NCBI GenBank assembly: GCA_046081085.1
Contig: JBJTVF010000014.1
Span: forward strand, 14,207 to 78,206
From: Candidatus Limnocylindrus sp.
GTDB lineage: Bacteria > Chloroflexota > Limnocylindria > Limnocylindrales > Limnocylindraceae
Length of the DNA stretch: 64,000 nt
Reading direction: 5' to 3'
This document shows positions 24,289-34,371 of the stretch, one piece after another. The stretch's first letter is position 1. The number at the start of each line of letters is the position of its first letter. A program made the translations under genes and the position numbers. The notes under the pieces were generated by a model. It was not told where the DNA came from. It was given only the letters and a program-made list of their open reading frames with translations, and did not search any database.

Positions 24289-25101
24289 CTACGTGGTGAT
24301 CCTGGGGAAGGGTGGCATCTCCCGCTTGAACTGCGATGCGGCAATCATCTTCTGAATTCGCGCAACCAACGCCGGCTCAAATCCATCTGCGACGACCGCG
24401 TCAGCGCTCAACCCTCGGTCAACCAAGCGGATGAGGATTTGATCGAGCGTAGGATAGTCAAAACCACCCTCCCCTTCGTCGGTCTGGCCAGGCCAGAGGT
24501 CCGCGCTGGGCGCTTTGGTCAGGATTGCATCGGGAACTCCGAGATGAGCGGCGAGAGCTCGGACCTGACTCTTGTAGAGATCGCCGATCGGATTGATTGC
24601 ACACGCGGCATCACCGTGGAGCGTGGTGTAGCCGATCATCGCCTCAGATTTGTTCCCAGTTCCCATCACGATGCCATCATGACGAGCAGACTCGTGATAG
24701 AGCGTGATCATGCGCACGCGAGCGGCTATGTTGCCACGCTGAATCGGCGTAATCGGACTGCCTGCTGGCAGCGCAGACTCTACGGCGTCCACGCCAGCGC
24801 TGATCGGCACCTCTTCAACGCTGCACCCAATCGCGTGCGCCACGGCGAGGGCGTCTTCACGAGAGCGTGCGGCAGAGGTGCGGTACGGAAGAGTGTATGT
24901 GCGAAGTCGATCAGCGCCAATGGCGTCTGCAGTCAGAAATGCGACAAGTGCTGAATCTATTCCTCCGGAGAGACCTAAGATCGCGTTCCGAACGCCGATC
25001 TTCTTGAACTCGTCAACAATGAACGCTCGGCAGACGGCGTGGACCGCGTCAGCATCAATGAGAAGTTCGGGAGGTATGCTCCATTGACGCGCGTCGCTCA
25101 T
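24289..25101 (-). CDS. nadE: NH3-dependent NAD+ synthetase.
   Basis: The LGLSGGIDSALV PP-loop (SGGxDS); 270 aa. Confidence 0.9.
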   Translation of the reverse strand: MSDARQWSIPPELLIDADAVHAVCRAFIVDEFKKIGVRNAILGLSGGIDSALVAFLTADAIGADRLRTYTLPYRTSAARSREDALAVAHAIGCSVEEVPISAGVDAVESALPAGSPITPIQRGNIAARVRMITLYHESARHDGIVMGTGNKSEAMIGYTTLHGDAACAINPIGDLYKSQVRALAAHLGVPDAILTKAPSADLWPGQTDEGEGGFDYPTLDQILIRLVDRGLSADAVVADGFEPALVARIQKMIAASQFKREMPPFPRITT

Positions 25102-25109
25102 CAGTGTCC

Positions 25110-27038
25110 TTACTCCTTACTCCATGTTTCAATCGACCACGCATAGAGCAGGCTTGCGGCATCGGTCTCTCGCGTTGGCCACGTAAACGTTGTGTCGAGA
25201 AGTGTATACCCAGCATCTGCCCAGAGCAAGAGGTAGGGACGCTCGCTGCGACGTAGTGCCTGAAACTCTGCATAGATCGGCGCGCGCACTTCTTCACTGG
25301 AACCGGTCACCGCCTGGCGCAAGAGGCTGTCCGCGCGCTCGCTCTGCCAACAGACGAAGTTCTTCCCCGCGGGCGCATCTTCCGTGGGGCAAGCCTCAGA
25401 CCCAAACAGATCGGTGTCATCAGGGTCGAGACTCCACTGCCAGCCGCCGATGTAGGCGTCGAAATCAACTGGATACTGGAGTCTCGGCAGGATTCCGCTT
25501 CGATACGGCTGCACAGAAACGGTAATGGAGAACCCGCATGCCGACGCCTGATCCGCAATAGATTGCGCAGCGCTCAGGCGAGCGCTCAGCCCCTCTCGAA
25601 CGAGGATCTCTCCTTCGAGTCGTGTGCCAAGCTTGGCGAAGACCCCATCACTCTCCTCTTGCCACCCATCTGCAAGAAGGGCACTTCGTGCTCCGCTTGG
25701 ATCAAACGAGGCTTCGCGAATACTCGCGGCCGGCAACGCCCAGGATCCCGGGGTTACCGTGCTACTGACTGAGAAGCTAGCGCCACTTGTTGCACTCTGC
25801 GCGACATCCTCTAATTCAACGCACGTGCTGAGGGCGCTCCGAACCAAGTTGTCAGCGAATGGTCTTCCCGGCCGCAGATTGAAGGCGAGATATGTGTAGC
25901 CACGCGATGACGGGCCCTCCATGAGCTCGCCACCGTCAGGAACACTCACGCCCGCAAGGCTCGTACCACTCAGGTACGGAACCCAGTCAACCTGAGATGA
26001 CTGGAACGCGGCAACTGCGGCCGACTCGCTTACGAATCGGTTGATCCTGATCTGGCGAATCTTTGGGGTGCCGAGCGCGAACGCGCGAAACGCATCGAGA
26101 AGCACTGAAGCCCCCGGTACTCGTTCGTTGAATTGGAATGGACCGGCGCCAATCGGCGCGAGCTGGATGTCCAGGAGCGGATATGCAACCGCCAACTGAC
26201 TCTCTGCAGGTGCAAGTAGGTACGCCTCGAGGGTGATCAGTCGCGCGTAGAGATCACGAGCGTAAATCTCATCACTTTGTGAGGTAAGGATCTGACTGCC
26301 GTTGCTTACCCCAGGGAAGATGCGTACATCTGGAAGTTGAACACCAGACGCGTTGAGCACGCGCTCCAGTTCTCCAATAAATGCCGCGTACTGACAATTC
26401 CCATCGCCTGTTGTTGCGCACGCGGTTGCCTCAAGTTGCGCGACGATGTTCTCGCGTACCGTTGTGACGAGCGTACGGTCCACTCCGCTGATCCCATCGT
26501 GGAAACGCTCGAGCGACTCCTCAACCGCCCGCCGTGGGAGGATCGGAATCGTCAAGCCGCGGGTACGCCATGGCGCCCAACTTGAGATCAGGCGAAACCG
26601 GACGACGTTGGAACTGTCTGATTCTACCGATTCAAGGTGCGTCCTCACCACATCACAAATGTCAGGTGCAAGCGGACACTCCCCACTCTTCGCAAGTTCA
26701 TAGGTAAAGAGAACATCTTTCGCGCTCACCGGCGAACCGTCATGGAAGGTCAATCCAGGCTTTAAGGTCACCTGAAACGTCGTTCCTCCAGCTGATGAGA
26801 GCGGCGCCCCCTCAGCGAGAACTGGTTGCGGAAGAAGCCTGGCGTCCGGCCGATAGAGCCCCGCATGCACCAGCCCGCCTACGAACGCTGACGCTTCGTC
26901 TTGGTAGGCGGCACTGAGGTTGACTGGTTCAGCAGTCAGCGCGACACGAAGCGCTGAACCACCCACGATTGAACAGGCGGCACTAGAGACCGCGATCAGA
27001 AACGCCAAAGAGAGCGGTCCGATCGTTCGACGAGTCAT
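25110..27038 (-). CDS. ABC-transporter family-5 solute-binding lipoprotein (peptide/nickel/oligosaccharide type). The start is probably the internal Met (MTRRTIGPLSLAFLIAVSSAAC). No cognate permease or ATPase genes lie nearby.
   Basis: Signal peptide with a lipobox-like SAAC, then a large periplasmic SBP_bac_5-like body (about 640 aa). Confidence 0.7.
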   Translation of the reverse strand: MTRRTIGPLSLAFLIAVSSAACSIVGGSALRVALTAEPVNLSAAYQDEASAFVGGLVHAGLYRPDARLLPQPVLAEGAPLSSAGGTTFQVTLKPGLTFHDGSPVSAKDVLFTYELAKSGECPLAPDICDVVRTHLESVESDSSNVVRFRLISSWAPWRTRGLTIPILPRRAVEESLERFHDGISGVDRTLVTTVRENIVAQLEATACATTGDGNCQYAAFIGELERVLNASGVQLPDVRIFPGVSNGSQILTSQSDEIYARDLYARLITLEAYLLAPAESQLAVAYPLLDIQLAPIGAGPFQFNERVPGASVLLDAFRAFALGTPKIRQIRINRFVSESAAVAAFQSSQVDWVPYLSGTSLAGVSVPDGGELMEGPSSRGYTYLAFNLRPGRPFADNLVRSALSTCVELEDVAQSATSGASFSVSSTVTPGSWALPAASIREASFDPSGARSALLADGWQEESDGVFAKLGTRLEGEILVREGLSARLSAAQSIADQASACGFSITVSVQPYRSGILPRLQYPVDFDAYIGGWQWSLDPDDTDLFGSEACPTEDAPAGKNFVCWQSERADSLLRQAVTGSSEEVRAPIYAEFQALRRSERPYLLLWADAGYTLLDTTFTWPTRETDAASLLYAWSIETWSKE

Positions 27039-27412
27039 GCGGTGAGCTTGTCGTATCCCGCCGCGTCGAGGAGCAGGTCGAGCTCTGTGGGATCTCCTAA
27101 CCGTATCTCTAGGAGCCAACCTGAACCGTATGGATCGGCGTTGATCGACTCCGGCGCAGTTGAAAGCGCTTCATTTCGCGCAATTACGCTGCCGGAGATA
27201 GGGCTGAAGAGGTCGCTGACAGCCTTCACCGACTCAACTGCGCCGAAGATCGCAAACTGCTTGATCGTGGCTCCCACTTGGGGAAGGTCGACAAAAACGA
27301 CGTCCCCCAGTTCATTGGCGGCATGTGCGGTGATGCCAATCACGGCAACGTCTCCCTGCACACGTACCCACTCATGCTCCTTTGAGTAGCGAAGCTCGAC
27401 CGGTGAACTCAT
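27035..27412 (-). CDS. gcvH: Glycine cleavage system H protein (lipoyl carrier).
   Basis: ...ESVKAVSDLFSP... lipoyl-lysine region; 125 aa. It overlaps gcvT. Confidence 0.9.
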   Translation of the reverse strand: MSSPVELRYSKEHEWVRVQGDVAVIGITAHAANELGDVVFVDLPQVGATIKQFAIFGAVESVKAVSDLFSPISGSVIARNEALSTAPESINADPYGSGWLLEIRLGDPTELDLLLDAAGYDKLTA

Positions 27413-28574
27413 CGTGTACCTCCCATGCTCTTTCGGTTCCGATCACTCCCTTAGGAACAAATGGTACGCCAGTCACTAATGCTGCGACTCGCTCCTCGCG
27501 AATGAGCACCTCAAGCGATGTGCCCAGTGGGTACGGTCCTGCAGACGCAATGAGATCAGCGAGTGCGATTGGGAAGCCGAGCGTTGGCGAATGAGTCCCC
27601 GAAGTGATGTGTCCAATCAGACCCCCACCGGGGAGATGTACTCCATGCCCGTGGCGAGCGATCCCGCGGCCAGTGATCTTCAATCCAACAAGAACTCGTC
27701 CAACCTGTGCCCCCGCGGTGGAACGTGCGGTGAGCGCCGCGTCGCCAACGAAACCCTCTCCCTTGTTGAATCTGACGATTCGTCCGAGCCCTACATCAAA
27801 TGGGGTGAGATCTTCGCGCAACTCATTGCCGAAGAGTGGCATCCCCGCCTCCAACCGCAGCGTGTCTCGGGCACCGAGTCCGATCGGATGCGGCAGAGGC
27901 GCTCCCGGTCTGCCAGGGGTTAGGAGTGCCCGCCAAACGGTGGTCGCGGAATCCGCCGGAAGATAGCACTCAAAACCGTCTTCACCGGTGTAGCCGGTAC
28001 GCGCAACGACGAGCGGAATTCGGCTGCCGGCAACGAGTGCAACACTCCTGAGACAGGCATAGTTGCCTAACGCGCGAACCGCGTCCGCCTCCTCTGGTTC
28101 GAACAGAGCCGCGACAGCATCGCTGCTACGCGGTCCTTGAATCGCGATCATTGCAGTCGGTTCACTCTCATCGGAAACGCTCGCGGAGGCGCCGATGCGC
28201 TGAGCAAGGAGGGTCGCGACGCGGGCGGTGTTAGACGCGTTGGCCACAACCAGCCACTCCTCATCCGCGACCCGGTAGACCAACAGGTCGTCGACCATTC
28301 CTCCCGCGTCATTCACGATGATGCTGTACTGCGCCCGTCCAAGTTTCAGTGCCGATGGCAGCGAGACAAGGGCCCGGTCGAGGGCGGCGCCTGCATGAGG
28401 GCCACGAACCCAAATCTCTCCCATGTGACCGAGATCGAAGATTCCGACGTTCGCTCGAACGGTTTGATGTTCTTCAATCACACCGGCGTACTGCACTGGC
28501 ATCTCCCACCCAGCGAAGTCAACCATGCGGGCACCGAGCCTGAGATGCTCGTCATGGAGAGCGGTGCGACGCAT
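27372..28574 (-). CDS. gcvT: Glycine cleavage system T protein (aminomethyltransferase).
   Basis: [29 protein letters not shown]... is the canonical GcvT N-terminus. Confidence 0.92.
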   Translation of the reverse strand: MRRTALHDEHLRLGARMVDFAGWEMPVQYAGVIEEHQTVRANVGIFDLGHMGEIWVRGPHAGAALDRALVSLPSALKLGRAQYSIIVNDAGGMVDDLLVYRVADEEWLVVANASNTARVATLLAQRIGASASVSDESEPTAMIAIQGPRSSDAVAALFEPEEADAVRALGNYACLRSVALVAGSRIPLVVARTGYTGEDGFECYLPADSATTVWRALLTPGRPGAPLPHPIGLGARDTLRLEAGMPLFGNELREDLTPFDVGLGRIVRFNKGEGFVGDAALTARSTAGAQVGRVLVGLKITGRGIARHGHGVHLPGGGLIGHITSGTHSPTLGFPIALADLIASAGPYPLGTSLEVLIREERVAALVTGVPFVPKGVIGTERAWEVHDEFTGRASLLKGA

Positions 28575-29011
28575 CAGGTCAGGGTCAGTGCATCATAGGC
28601 GCGCTGGACCAGCGCGCTCTCAGTCTGGAAGTCCAACAAGGCGATGGCTTCGTCCATTGGCACCCAACGCAACTCTTCAAACTCTTTGTCATAGGCATCA
28701 AAGCTTCCGCCCACCTGCTCCATCAGGTAGTAGTGCACCGTCTTTTCAATGCGCTCGCCAGTGCGGACAAACGAGTACGAGATTGCGGCGAAGTACGAAA
28801 GGATTCGAACCTCTAGTCCCGACTCCTCCCGAACCTCGCGCAGGGCGGTCTCCTCGCGGGTCTCTCCCTCTTCGGGAGTTCCCTTTGGGAGCGACCAGAC
28901 GTAACCATCGCGCTCTCGGCGCCGTCGACCAACGACGATCTCTGGCCTTCCCGCAACGGCACGAATGACCAGCCCTCCCGCGGAGACCGCGGTGCGCTTC
29001 GTAAGCGGCAT
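28574..29011 (-). CDS. Nudix hydrolase. It is translationally coupled to gcvT through a 1 nt TGATG overlap.
   Basis: The Nudix box [25 protein letters not shown] (GX5EX7REUXEEXGU). Confidence 0.85.
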   Translation of the reverse strand: MPLTKRTAVSAGGLVIRAVAGRPEIVVGRRRRERDGYVWSLPKGTPEEGETREETALREVREESGLEVRILSYFAAISYSFVRTGERIEKTVHYYLMEQVGGSFDAYDKEFEELRWVPMDEAIALLDFQTESALVQRAYDALTLT

Positions 29012-29154
29012 AGATGCTCCTGTCTCATCAGGCTCAAGCTCCCGAAGGAGCGTTTCGTTGCGTCAATGGTAGCCCCTCGTGACGGGGCGTATCGTGTGGC
29101 TGCGCGCTACGCTACGAGAGACCCGCGCAGCTGCGGTGAGCGAGAGGAGGGGCT

Positions 29155-31836
29155 TTGGCCAATCGATTACACACGCGCACGAGCCTCGGCGCTGGCCTCC
29201 CAGATCGGATCGCACTTGAGCGTCTCCCAGCGCCGGCCACTCCATGGGATCAGCTCCCGATCATCCTCAAGATCCTGATCGAAGGAGCTGCGAGACGGTC
29301 CGGGAACGGTTTTGTCCGTGACGAGGATGTCCACGCGTATCTGGCATGGAAGCCCGGGGCCGCGGCCGCGTCTTCAGGCAACGAACGTGAGCTCCCCTTC
29401 TCTCCTGCACGTGTCGTGCTTCAGGACTTCACGGGCGTCCCAGCAGTGGTTGACTTCGCAGCGCTCCGTGATGCGGCGCGTGAACTTGACACTGATCCTG
29501 AACGCATCAACCCTCAAGTCCCAGCTGATCTTGTGATTGACCACTCGGTACAAGTCGATCGATGGGCAACCGCGGAAGCGCTCGAGCAGAACGTGGCACG
29601 AGAATACGAACGCAATGCCGAGCGGTACCAGTTGCTCCGCTGGGCCCAAGGCGCGTTTGACAGGTTCCGCGTCGTTCCCCCAGGCGCAGGAATCGTGCAC
29701 CAGGTAAACCTCGAGAGCCTGGCCACGGTGGTCCGCGTGGAGGAGGTCGAGGGGGGGCCACTCGCATTCCCAGATACCTGTGTCGGCACGGATTCGCACA
29801 CCACGATGATTTCTGCGCTTGGAGTCCTCGGCTTTGGCGTCGGCGGCATTGAGGCGGAAGCGGTACTCCTCGGCGAGCCACTCTTCTCCCCGCTGCCGAA
29901 GATTGTCGGGCTCAAGCTCACAGGGAAGCTCCCTGCGGGAACTACGGCAACCGATCTTGTCCTGACCGTAACCGAGCGACTCCGCGCACATGGCGTGGTC
30001 GGTGCATACGTCGAGGCATTCGGTGACGGCCTCTCCACCGTCTCCCTCGCCGATCGAGCGACCATCGCCAACATGTCGCCAGAGTTCGGCGCTACGACGA
30101 CGCTCTTCCCGATTGACGAGATCACCCTCGATTACCTGCGCGTGACTGGTCGCGAGAGCGCGCAGATTGCGTTGGTTGAAACGTATGCCAAGGCGCAGGG
30201 CCTCTGGCGAGTCAGTGGGCAGGAGCCGCTCTACGACGAAGTGGTCGAGATCAGTCTTGCCGAGATCGTTCCGTCGCTCGCCGGACCGAAGCGCCCGCAG
30301 GATCGAGTCCCCCTCCCCGATCTCGGGAAGGGCTTTGAGGAGACCTACCCAGATCGCGCGGGATCGAAGGCACACAGCGCCACGGTTGGGGGAGGAACCA
30401 TGCGCGATGGAGCGGTCGCGATCGCTGCGATCACCTCGTGTACCAACACCTCAAACCCCTCGGTGATGATCGCCTCTGGTCTACTGGCGAGGAACGCGGT
30501 GGCGCGCGGGATGCGCGTACCAGCATGGGTGAAGACGAGTCTCGCTCCAGGGTCACGTGTCGTCACCGCATACCTAGAGCGCGCGGGACTCTTGGAACCG
30601 CTCGCCACGCTCGGATTCACCGTGGCTGGCTACGGCTGCACGACGTGCATCGGGAACTCAGGGCCGCTCGACGAAGTGATCGCCACCGCGGTGGAGCGTG
30701 AAGAGCTCCTTGTTGCTGCCGTCCTCTCGGGGAACAGGAACTTTGAAGGACGCATTCATCCTGCGGTGCGTGCCGCCTACCTCGCCTCCCCACCACTCGT
30801 GGTCGCCCTCGCGCTGGCGGGCAACGTGGTGACGAATCTTGATCAAGACCCGATCGGCAACGATCGAGACGGCACTCCCGTCTTCCTTCGCGACATCTGG
30901 CCCGCAGATGAAGAGATCGCAAGAGCGGTCGCCGCGGCGGCGGATGCCACCCTCTACAAGAAGAGCTACGCCGATCTCTTTGCAGGCGACGCCCGCTGGC
31001 GGGCGCTGACGGTGCCAACCGGTCGCACCTACGAATGGGATCCCGCCTCAACATACATCGCCCGCCCAGCGTTTACGGAACAGATCCCCATGATCGCCTC
31101 ACCGATTGCCGATGTCCACGATGCCCGCGCGCTCCTCCTCCTTGGTGACTCCGTCACCACCGATCACATTTCGCCTGCGGGTTCCATTCGCGCGGACTCC
31201 CCTGCTGGCCGCTGGATGATTGAACGCGGGGTTGCTGTTGGCGACTTCAACTCGTATGGAGCACGACGTGGCCATGACCAAGTGATGATGCGCGGAACCT
31301 TCGCGAATACGCGTCTGCGCAACACACTCGCCGGAGGCAAAGAGGGACCAGTGACCAAGCATCTCCCCAGCGGCGAGCTCCTAGCGGTCGCCGACGCGGC
31401 AGCTCGCTACAAGGAGGAGGGAACGCCGCTGATCATCATTGCGGGGAAGGAGTACGGCTCAGGTTCAAGTCGAGACTGGGCTGCAAAGGGGACGCAGATG
31501 CTCGGCGTCCGCGCCGTGATCGCCGAATCACATGAGCGCATCCACCGTTCCAATCTGATCGGCATGGGCATCTTGCCTCTGCAGTTCCTCCCCGGCGAGA
31601 GCGCCGCGAGCCATGCGCTGGATGGCAGCGAGCGATTCACGATTGTAGGCCTCACCGCGATCAGCCCCCGTGGCCGCGTGAAGGTTCAGGTCGCCTCAAC
31701 CGGCATTGGTGATGAATCGACCAACAACAGGCGGTCCATTGAGCTGATCGTCCGCCTGGACGGTCCGATGGAACTTGCAACATACCGCGAAGGCGGCATC
31801 ATGCCGGCGGTGCTCCGACGGATGGCGAGGCAGTAA
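29155..31836 (+). CDS. acnA: Aconitate hydratase A. It has a TTG start with a strong GAGAGGAGGGG RBS.
   Basis: The N-terminal LPIILKILIEGAARR matches the aconitase LPxSLKVLLENLLR. It also has QDFTGVPAVVD and the Cys ligands CTNTSN and GCTTCIGNSG; 893 aa. Confidence 0.95.
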   Translation: MANRLHTRTSLGAGLPDRIALERLPAPATPWDQLPIILKILIEGAARRSGNGFVRDEDVHAYLAWKPGAAAASSGNERELPFSPARVVLQDFTGVPAVVDFAALRDAARELDTDPERINPQVPADLVIDHSVQVDRWATAEALEQNVAREYERNAERYQLLRWAQGAFDRFRVVPPGAGIVHQVNLESLATVVRVEEVEGGPLAFPDTCVGTDSHTTMISALGVLGFGVGGIEAEAVLLGEPLFSPLPKIVGLKLTGKLPAGTTATDLVLTVTERLRAHGVVGAYVEAFGDGLSTVSLADRATIANMSPEFGATTTLFPIDEITLDYLRVTGRESAQIALVETYAKAQGLWRVSGQEPLYDEVVEISLAEIVPSLAGPKRPQDRVPLPDLGKGFEETYPDRAGSKAHSATVGGGTMRDGAVAIAAITSCTNTSNPSVMIASGLLARNAVARGMRVPAWVKTSLAPGSRVVTAYLERAGLLEPLATLGFTVAGYGCTTCIGNSGPLDEVIATAVEREELLVAAVLSGNRNFEGRIHPAVRAAYLASPPLVVALALAGNVVTNLDQDPIGNDRDGTPVFLRDIWPADEEIARAVAAAADATLYKKSYADLFAGDARWRALTVPTGRTYEWDPASTYIARPAFTEQIPMIASPIADVHDARALLLLGDSVTTDHISPAGSIRADSPAGRWMIERGVAVGDFNSYGARRGHDQVMMRGTFANTRLRNTLAGGKEGPVTKHLPSGELLAVADAAARYKEEGTPLIIIAGKEYGSGSSRDWAAKGTQMLGVRAVIAESHERIHRSNLIGMGILPLQFLPGESAASHALDGSERFTIVGLTAISPRGRVKVQVASTGIGDESTNNRRSIELIVRLDGPMELATYREGGIMPAVLRRMARQ

Positions 31837-31845
31837 CGCCCAACA

Positions 31846-31922
<77 letters not shown>

Positions 31923-31965
31923 GAGAGGTGGATTCTAGACGAATCCTGCGCGTACTTGCGTCTCG

Positions 31966-32208
31966 CTAGAGGAGGCGACGCAGGAACTGTAGGAGGATCA
32001 TCACCACAATCGGAGAGAAGTCAATCCCTGCAGTAGTCGGAAGGATTCGACGAACTGGCCCGAGGATCGGCTCACTCATGTCAACCAAGATTCGGGAGAC
32101 GCGCCCGCTCCCAGAGCGGTCTACCCATGAGACCAGCACGCGTGCGAGCACAACAAACCAGAGTGTCTGCAAGATCAAATCGGCTGCGAGCTGCGGCGTG
32201 AAGCCCAT
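31966..32208 (-). CDS. yggT: YggT-family membrane protein (division-cluster associated).
   Basis: 80 aa with two TM segments. It sits directly downstream of yggS and ftsZ. Confidence 0.75.
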   Translation of the reverse strand: MGFTPQLAADLILQTLWFVVLARVLVSWVDRSGSGRVSRILVDMSEPILGPVRRILPTTAGIDFSPIVVMILLQFLRRLL

Positions 32209-32217
32209 GGCTAAAGG

Positions 32218-32937
32218 TTAACCGCGTGCGCCGAAGAGTGCGCTGCCAAGCCGGACCTGTGTCGAGCCCTCTTCAACCGCGACCTCAAAATCGCCGCTCA
32301 TCCCCGCTGAGAGGAGGGGGCCAACATGGAGACCAACATCCGCCGCCGACGCTCGGAGGGAGGTCGCATAGGAGACAAATGCGGCAACGCTTCGCCGTGC
32401 CGCAGCCTGGTCATCCGTGAGCCGGCCGATCATCATCAATCCATCAATCACCACCTTCGAGCCGCGAAGAAGTGTCGCGACATCGGGCAGTGCATCGCGC
32501 AGCGCTGCAGGTGCGAAGCCCGCCTTTGCGGGGTCCTCGTCACTGTTCACCTGCAGCGCGATGGAGGTCACTCCTGGGGCGTCGTTCGACGCCCCGACTA
32601 GCCTCGTTAGAAGATCCATACGATCAACGGAAGTTATGCGATCGGCAACAGCGAGCGCGCGGCGCAGCTTGTTGCTCTGGAGTGGTCCGATGAGCTCCCA
32701 AATCGTCTCAGCTCCCGGACGAAGGAGGGTGACGGCTGCCCGCTTCTCCTCAAGTTCCTGCACACGATTTTCGCCAAAATGGTACTGGCCAGCATCAATC
32801 GCCTCGGCCACACGTTCGGCAGAAACACCCTTGCTCACGGCAAGGAGTGCGCAGCTCTCTGGCGGACGACCAGCGCGCTCCTCAGCGGCACGAATCTGGG
32901 CGCGAAGGGTTGCAAGCTGTTCCGCAATCGATCGCAT
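32218..32937 (-). CDS. yggS: YggS/PLPHP-family pyridoxal phosphate homeostasis protein.
   Basis: FGENRVQE and the HxIGxLQSNK-like HLIGPLQSNK motif. Confidence 0.88.
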   Translation of the reverse strand: MRSIAEQLATLRAQIRAAEERAGRPPESCALLAVSKGVSAERVAEAIDAGQYHFGENRVQELEEKRAAVTLLRPGAETIWELIGPLQSNKLRRALAVADRITSVDRMDLLTRLVGASNDAPGVTSIALQVNSDEDPAKAGFAPAALRDALPDVATLLRGSKVVIDGLMMIGRLTDDQAAARRSVAAFVSYATSLRASAADVGLHVGPLLSAGMSGDFEVAVEEGSTQVRLGSALFGARG

Positions 32938-32943
32938 TGAAGG

Positions 32944-34236
32944 CTAGGAGCGGCGACGGAGAAAGGCGGGAATCTCCAGCTCGTCACTCGGAACGGGCGA
33001 CGGCGTCACCCCAGCATCAGCGGGTTGCGCAGGATCTCCCAGTGGCTGCGAAACAGCAGGGTGCGTGACCGGAGTCCAGGATGGCGTGGTTGAAGGCTGC
33101 GCGACCGGGGTCACGCCACCTGCCGACCCCGCGCTCACCGATGGAGCTGCGGCTTCCGTGGCTGGGCTCCAGCGGGGAGCTGGATCATCCGCACCCCCAA
33201 ACGGGTATTCGGCGCGCTGACGGGCAGCAGCGGATGACTGGCTGCGTGAATTCCCTGCGAATCCTGTCGCGATCACCGTGATCTGAACTTCGTCTGCGAG
33301 CGTCTCGTCAAGCGACGTACCGAAGATGATGTTCGCCTCTGGATCGGCTCGCTCCGTAATGTGGTTGATGGCCTCATTCACTTCGTGTAGCGTCACCGTG
33401 GAGGACGCAGCGACGTTCACCAGCACGCCTGTCGCACCCTGGATGTCAAGCTCAAGGAGCGGTGACAAGATCGCGAGTTCAGCGGCGGCTCGGGCACGGT
33501 TCTCTCCGCTGGCGCGTCCTATTCCCATCAATGACGAACCGGCATCTTTCATGATGCTCCGCACATCGGCGAAGTCAAGATTGATGATCCCAGGAACGGT
33601 GATCACGTCGCTCACCCCCTGAACGGCCTGACGGAGCACATCGTCGGCAATCCGGAAGGAGTCTTCCATCGAGGTTTGGCGACTCACCACGCTAAGGAGT
33701 CGCTCATTGGGGATTACGATGAGGGTGTCAACGTACTTGCGCAGCTCTTCAGCCGCGGCGTGAGCAACGGCCGCGCGTCGCTTCCCTTCAAACTCAAATG
33801 GCTTTGTAACGATTCCGATCGTGAGCGCGCCGAGATCCTTGGCAACCTTCGCGACGACTGGTGCCGCCCCAGAGCCAGTCCCACCCCCCATCCCTGCGGT
33901 GACAAAGACTAGGTCGGACCCATCAAGCGCTTTGCGGAGATTCTCCAGGTCCTCATGCGCCGCACGTTCACCAACTGCAGAGTCACCCCCTGCGCCAAGG
34001 CCACGAGAGATCGCATCGCCAATTCGGATGCGCGTAGGAGCATGAGACTTAACCAGCGCTTGCGCATCGGTGTTCACCGCGATGAACTCAACGCCGAGGA
34101 GTTCCGCACGGATCATGCGGTTCACCGCATTGGAGCCCGCGCCGCCGACGCCGACCACGCGGATCAGCGCAAAGTTCTCAGTCTGCGAAGCCATCGGCCT
34201 CTCCCTCCGCTTACTGCCGAACGTCGGACGCGCCAC
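32944..34236 (-). CDS. ftsZ: Cell division GTPase FtsZ.
   Basis: The GGGTGSGAAPVVA tubulin signature (GGGTGTG-like) and NTDAQAL; 430 aa. Confidence 0.98.
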   Translation of the reverse strand: MARPTFGSKRRERPMASQTENFALIRVVGVGGAGSNAVNRMIRAELLGVEFIAVNTDAQALVKSHAPTRIRIGDAISRGLGAGGDSAVGERAAHEDLENLRKALDGSDLVFVTAGMGGGTGSGAAPVVAKVAKDLGALTIGIVTKPFEFEGKRRAAVAHAAAEELRKYVDTLIVIPNERLLSVVSRQTSMEDSFRIADDVLRQAVQGVSDVITVPGIINLDFADVRSIMKDAGSSLMGIGRASGENRARAAAELAILSPLLELDIQGATGVLVNVAASSTVTLHEVNEAINHITERADPEANIIFGTSLDETLADEVQITVIATGFAGNSRSQSSAAARQRAEYPFGGADDPAPRWSPATEAAAPSVSAGSAGGVTPVAQPSTTPSWTPVTHPAVSQPLGDPAQPADAGVTPSPVPSDELEIPAFLRRRS

Positions 34237-34371
34237 AGGGCCTTCCCTGAAGTCGCGACCGCCCTCCCGTCGGCTTGCCGAAGTGTAGCAGCGTCGCCTG
34301 GAGTACAGAAGGGTTTCTCGGCACGGATAAACGAGGGGAGCCGGGCGGGCTCAGCCGCGGCTCGATCGAGT

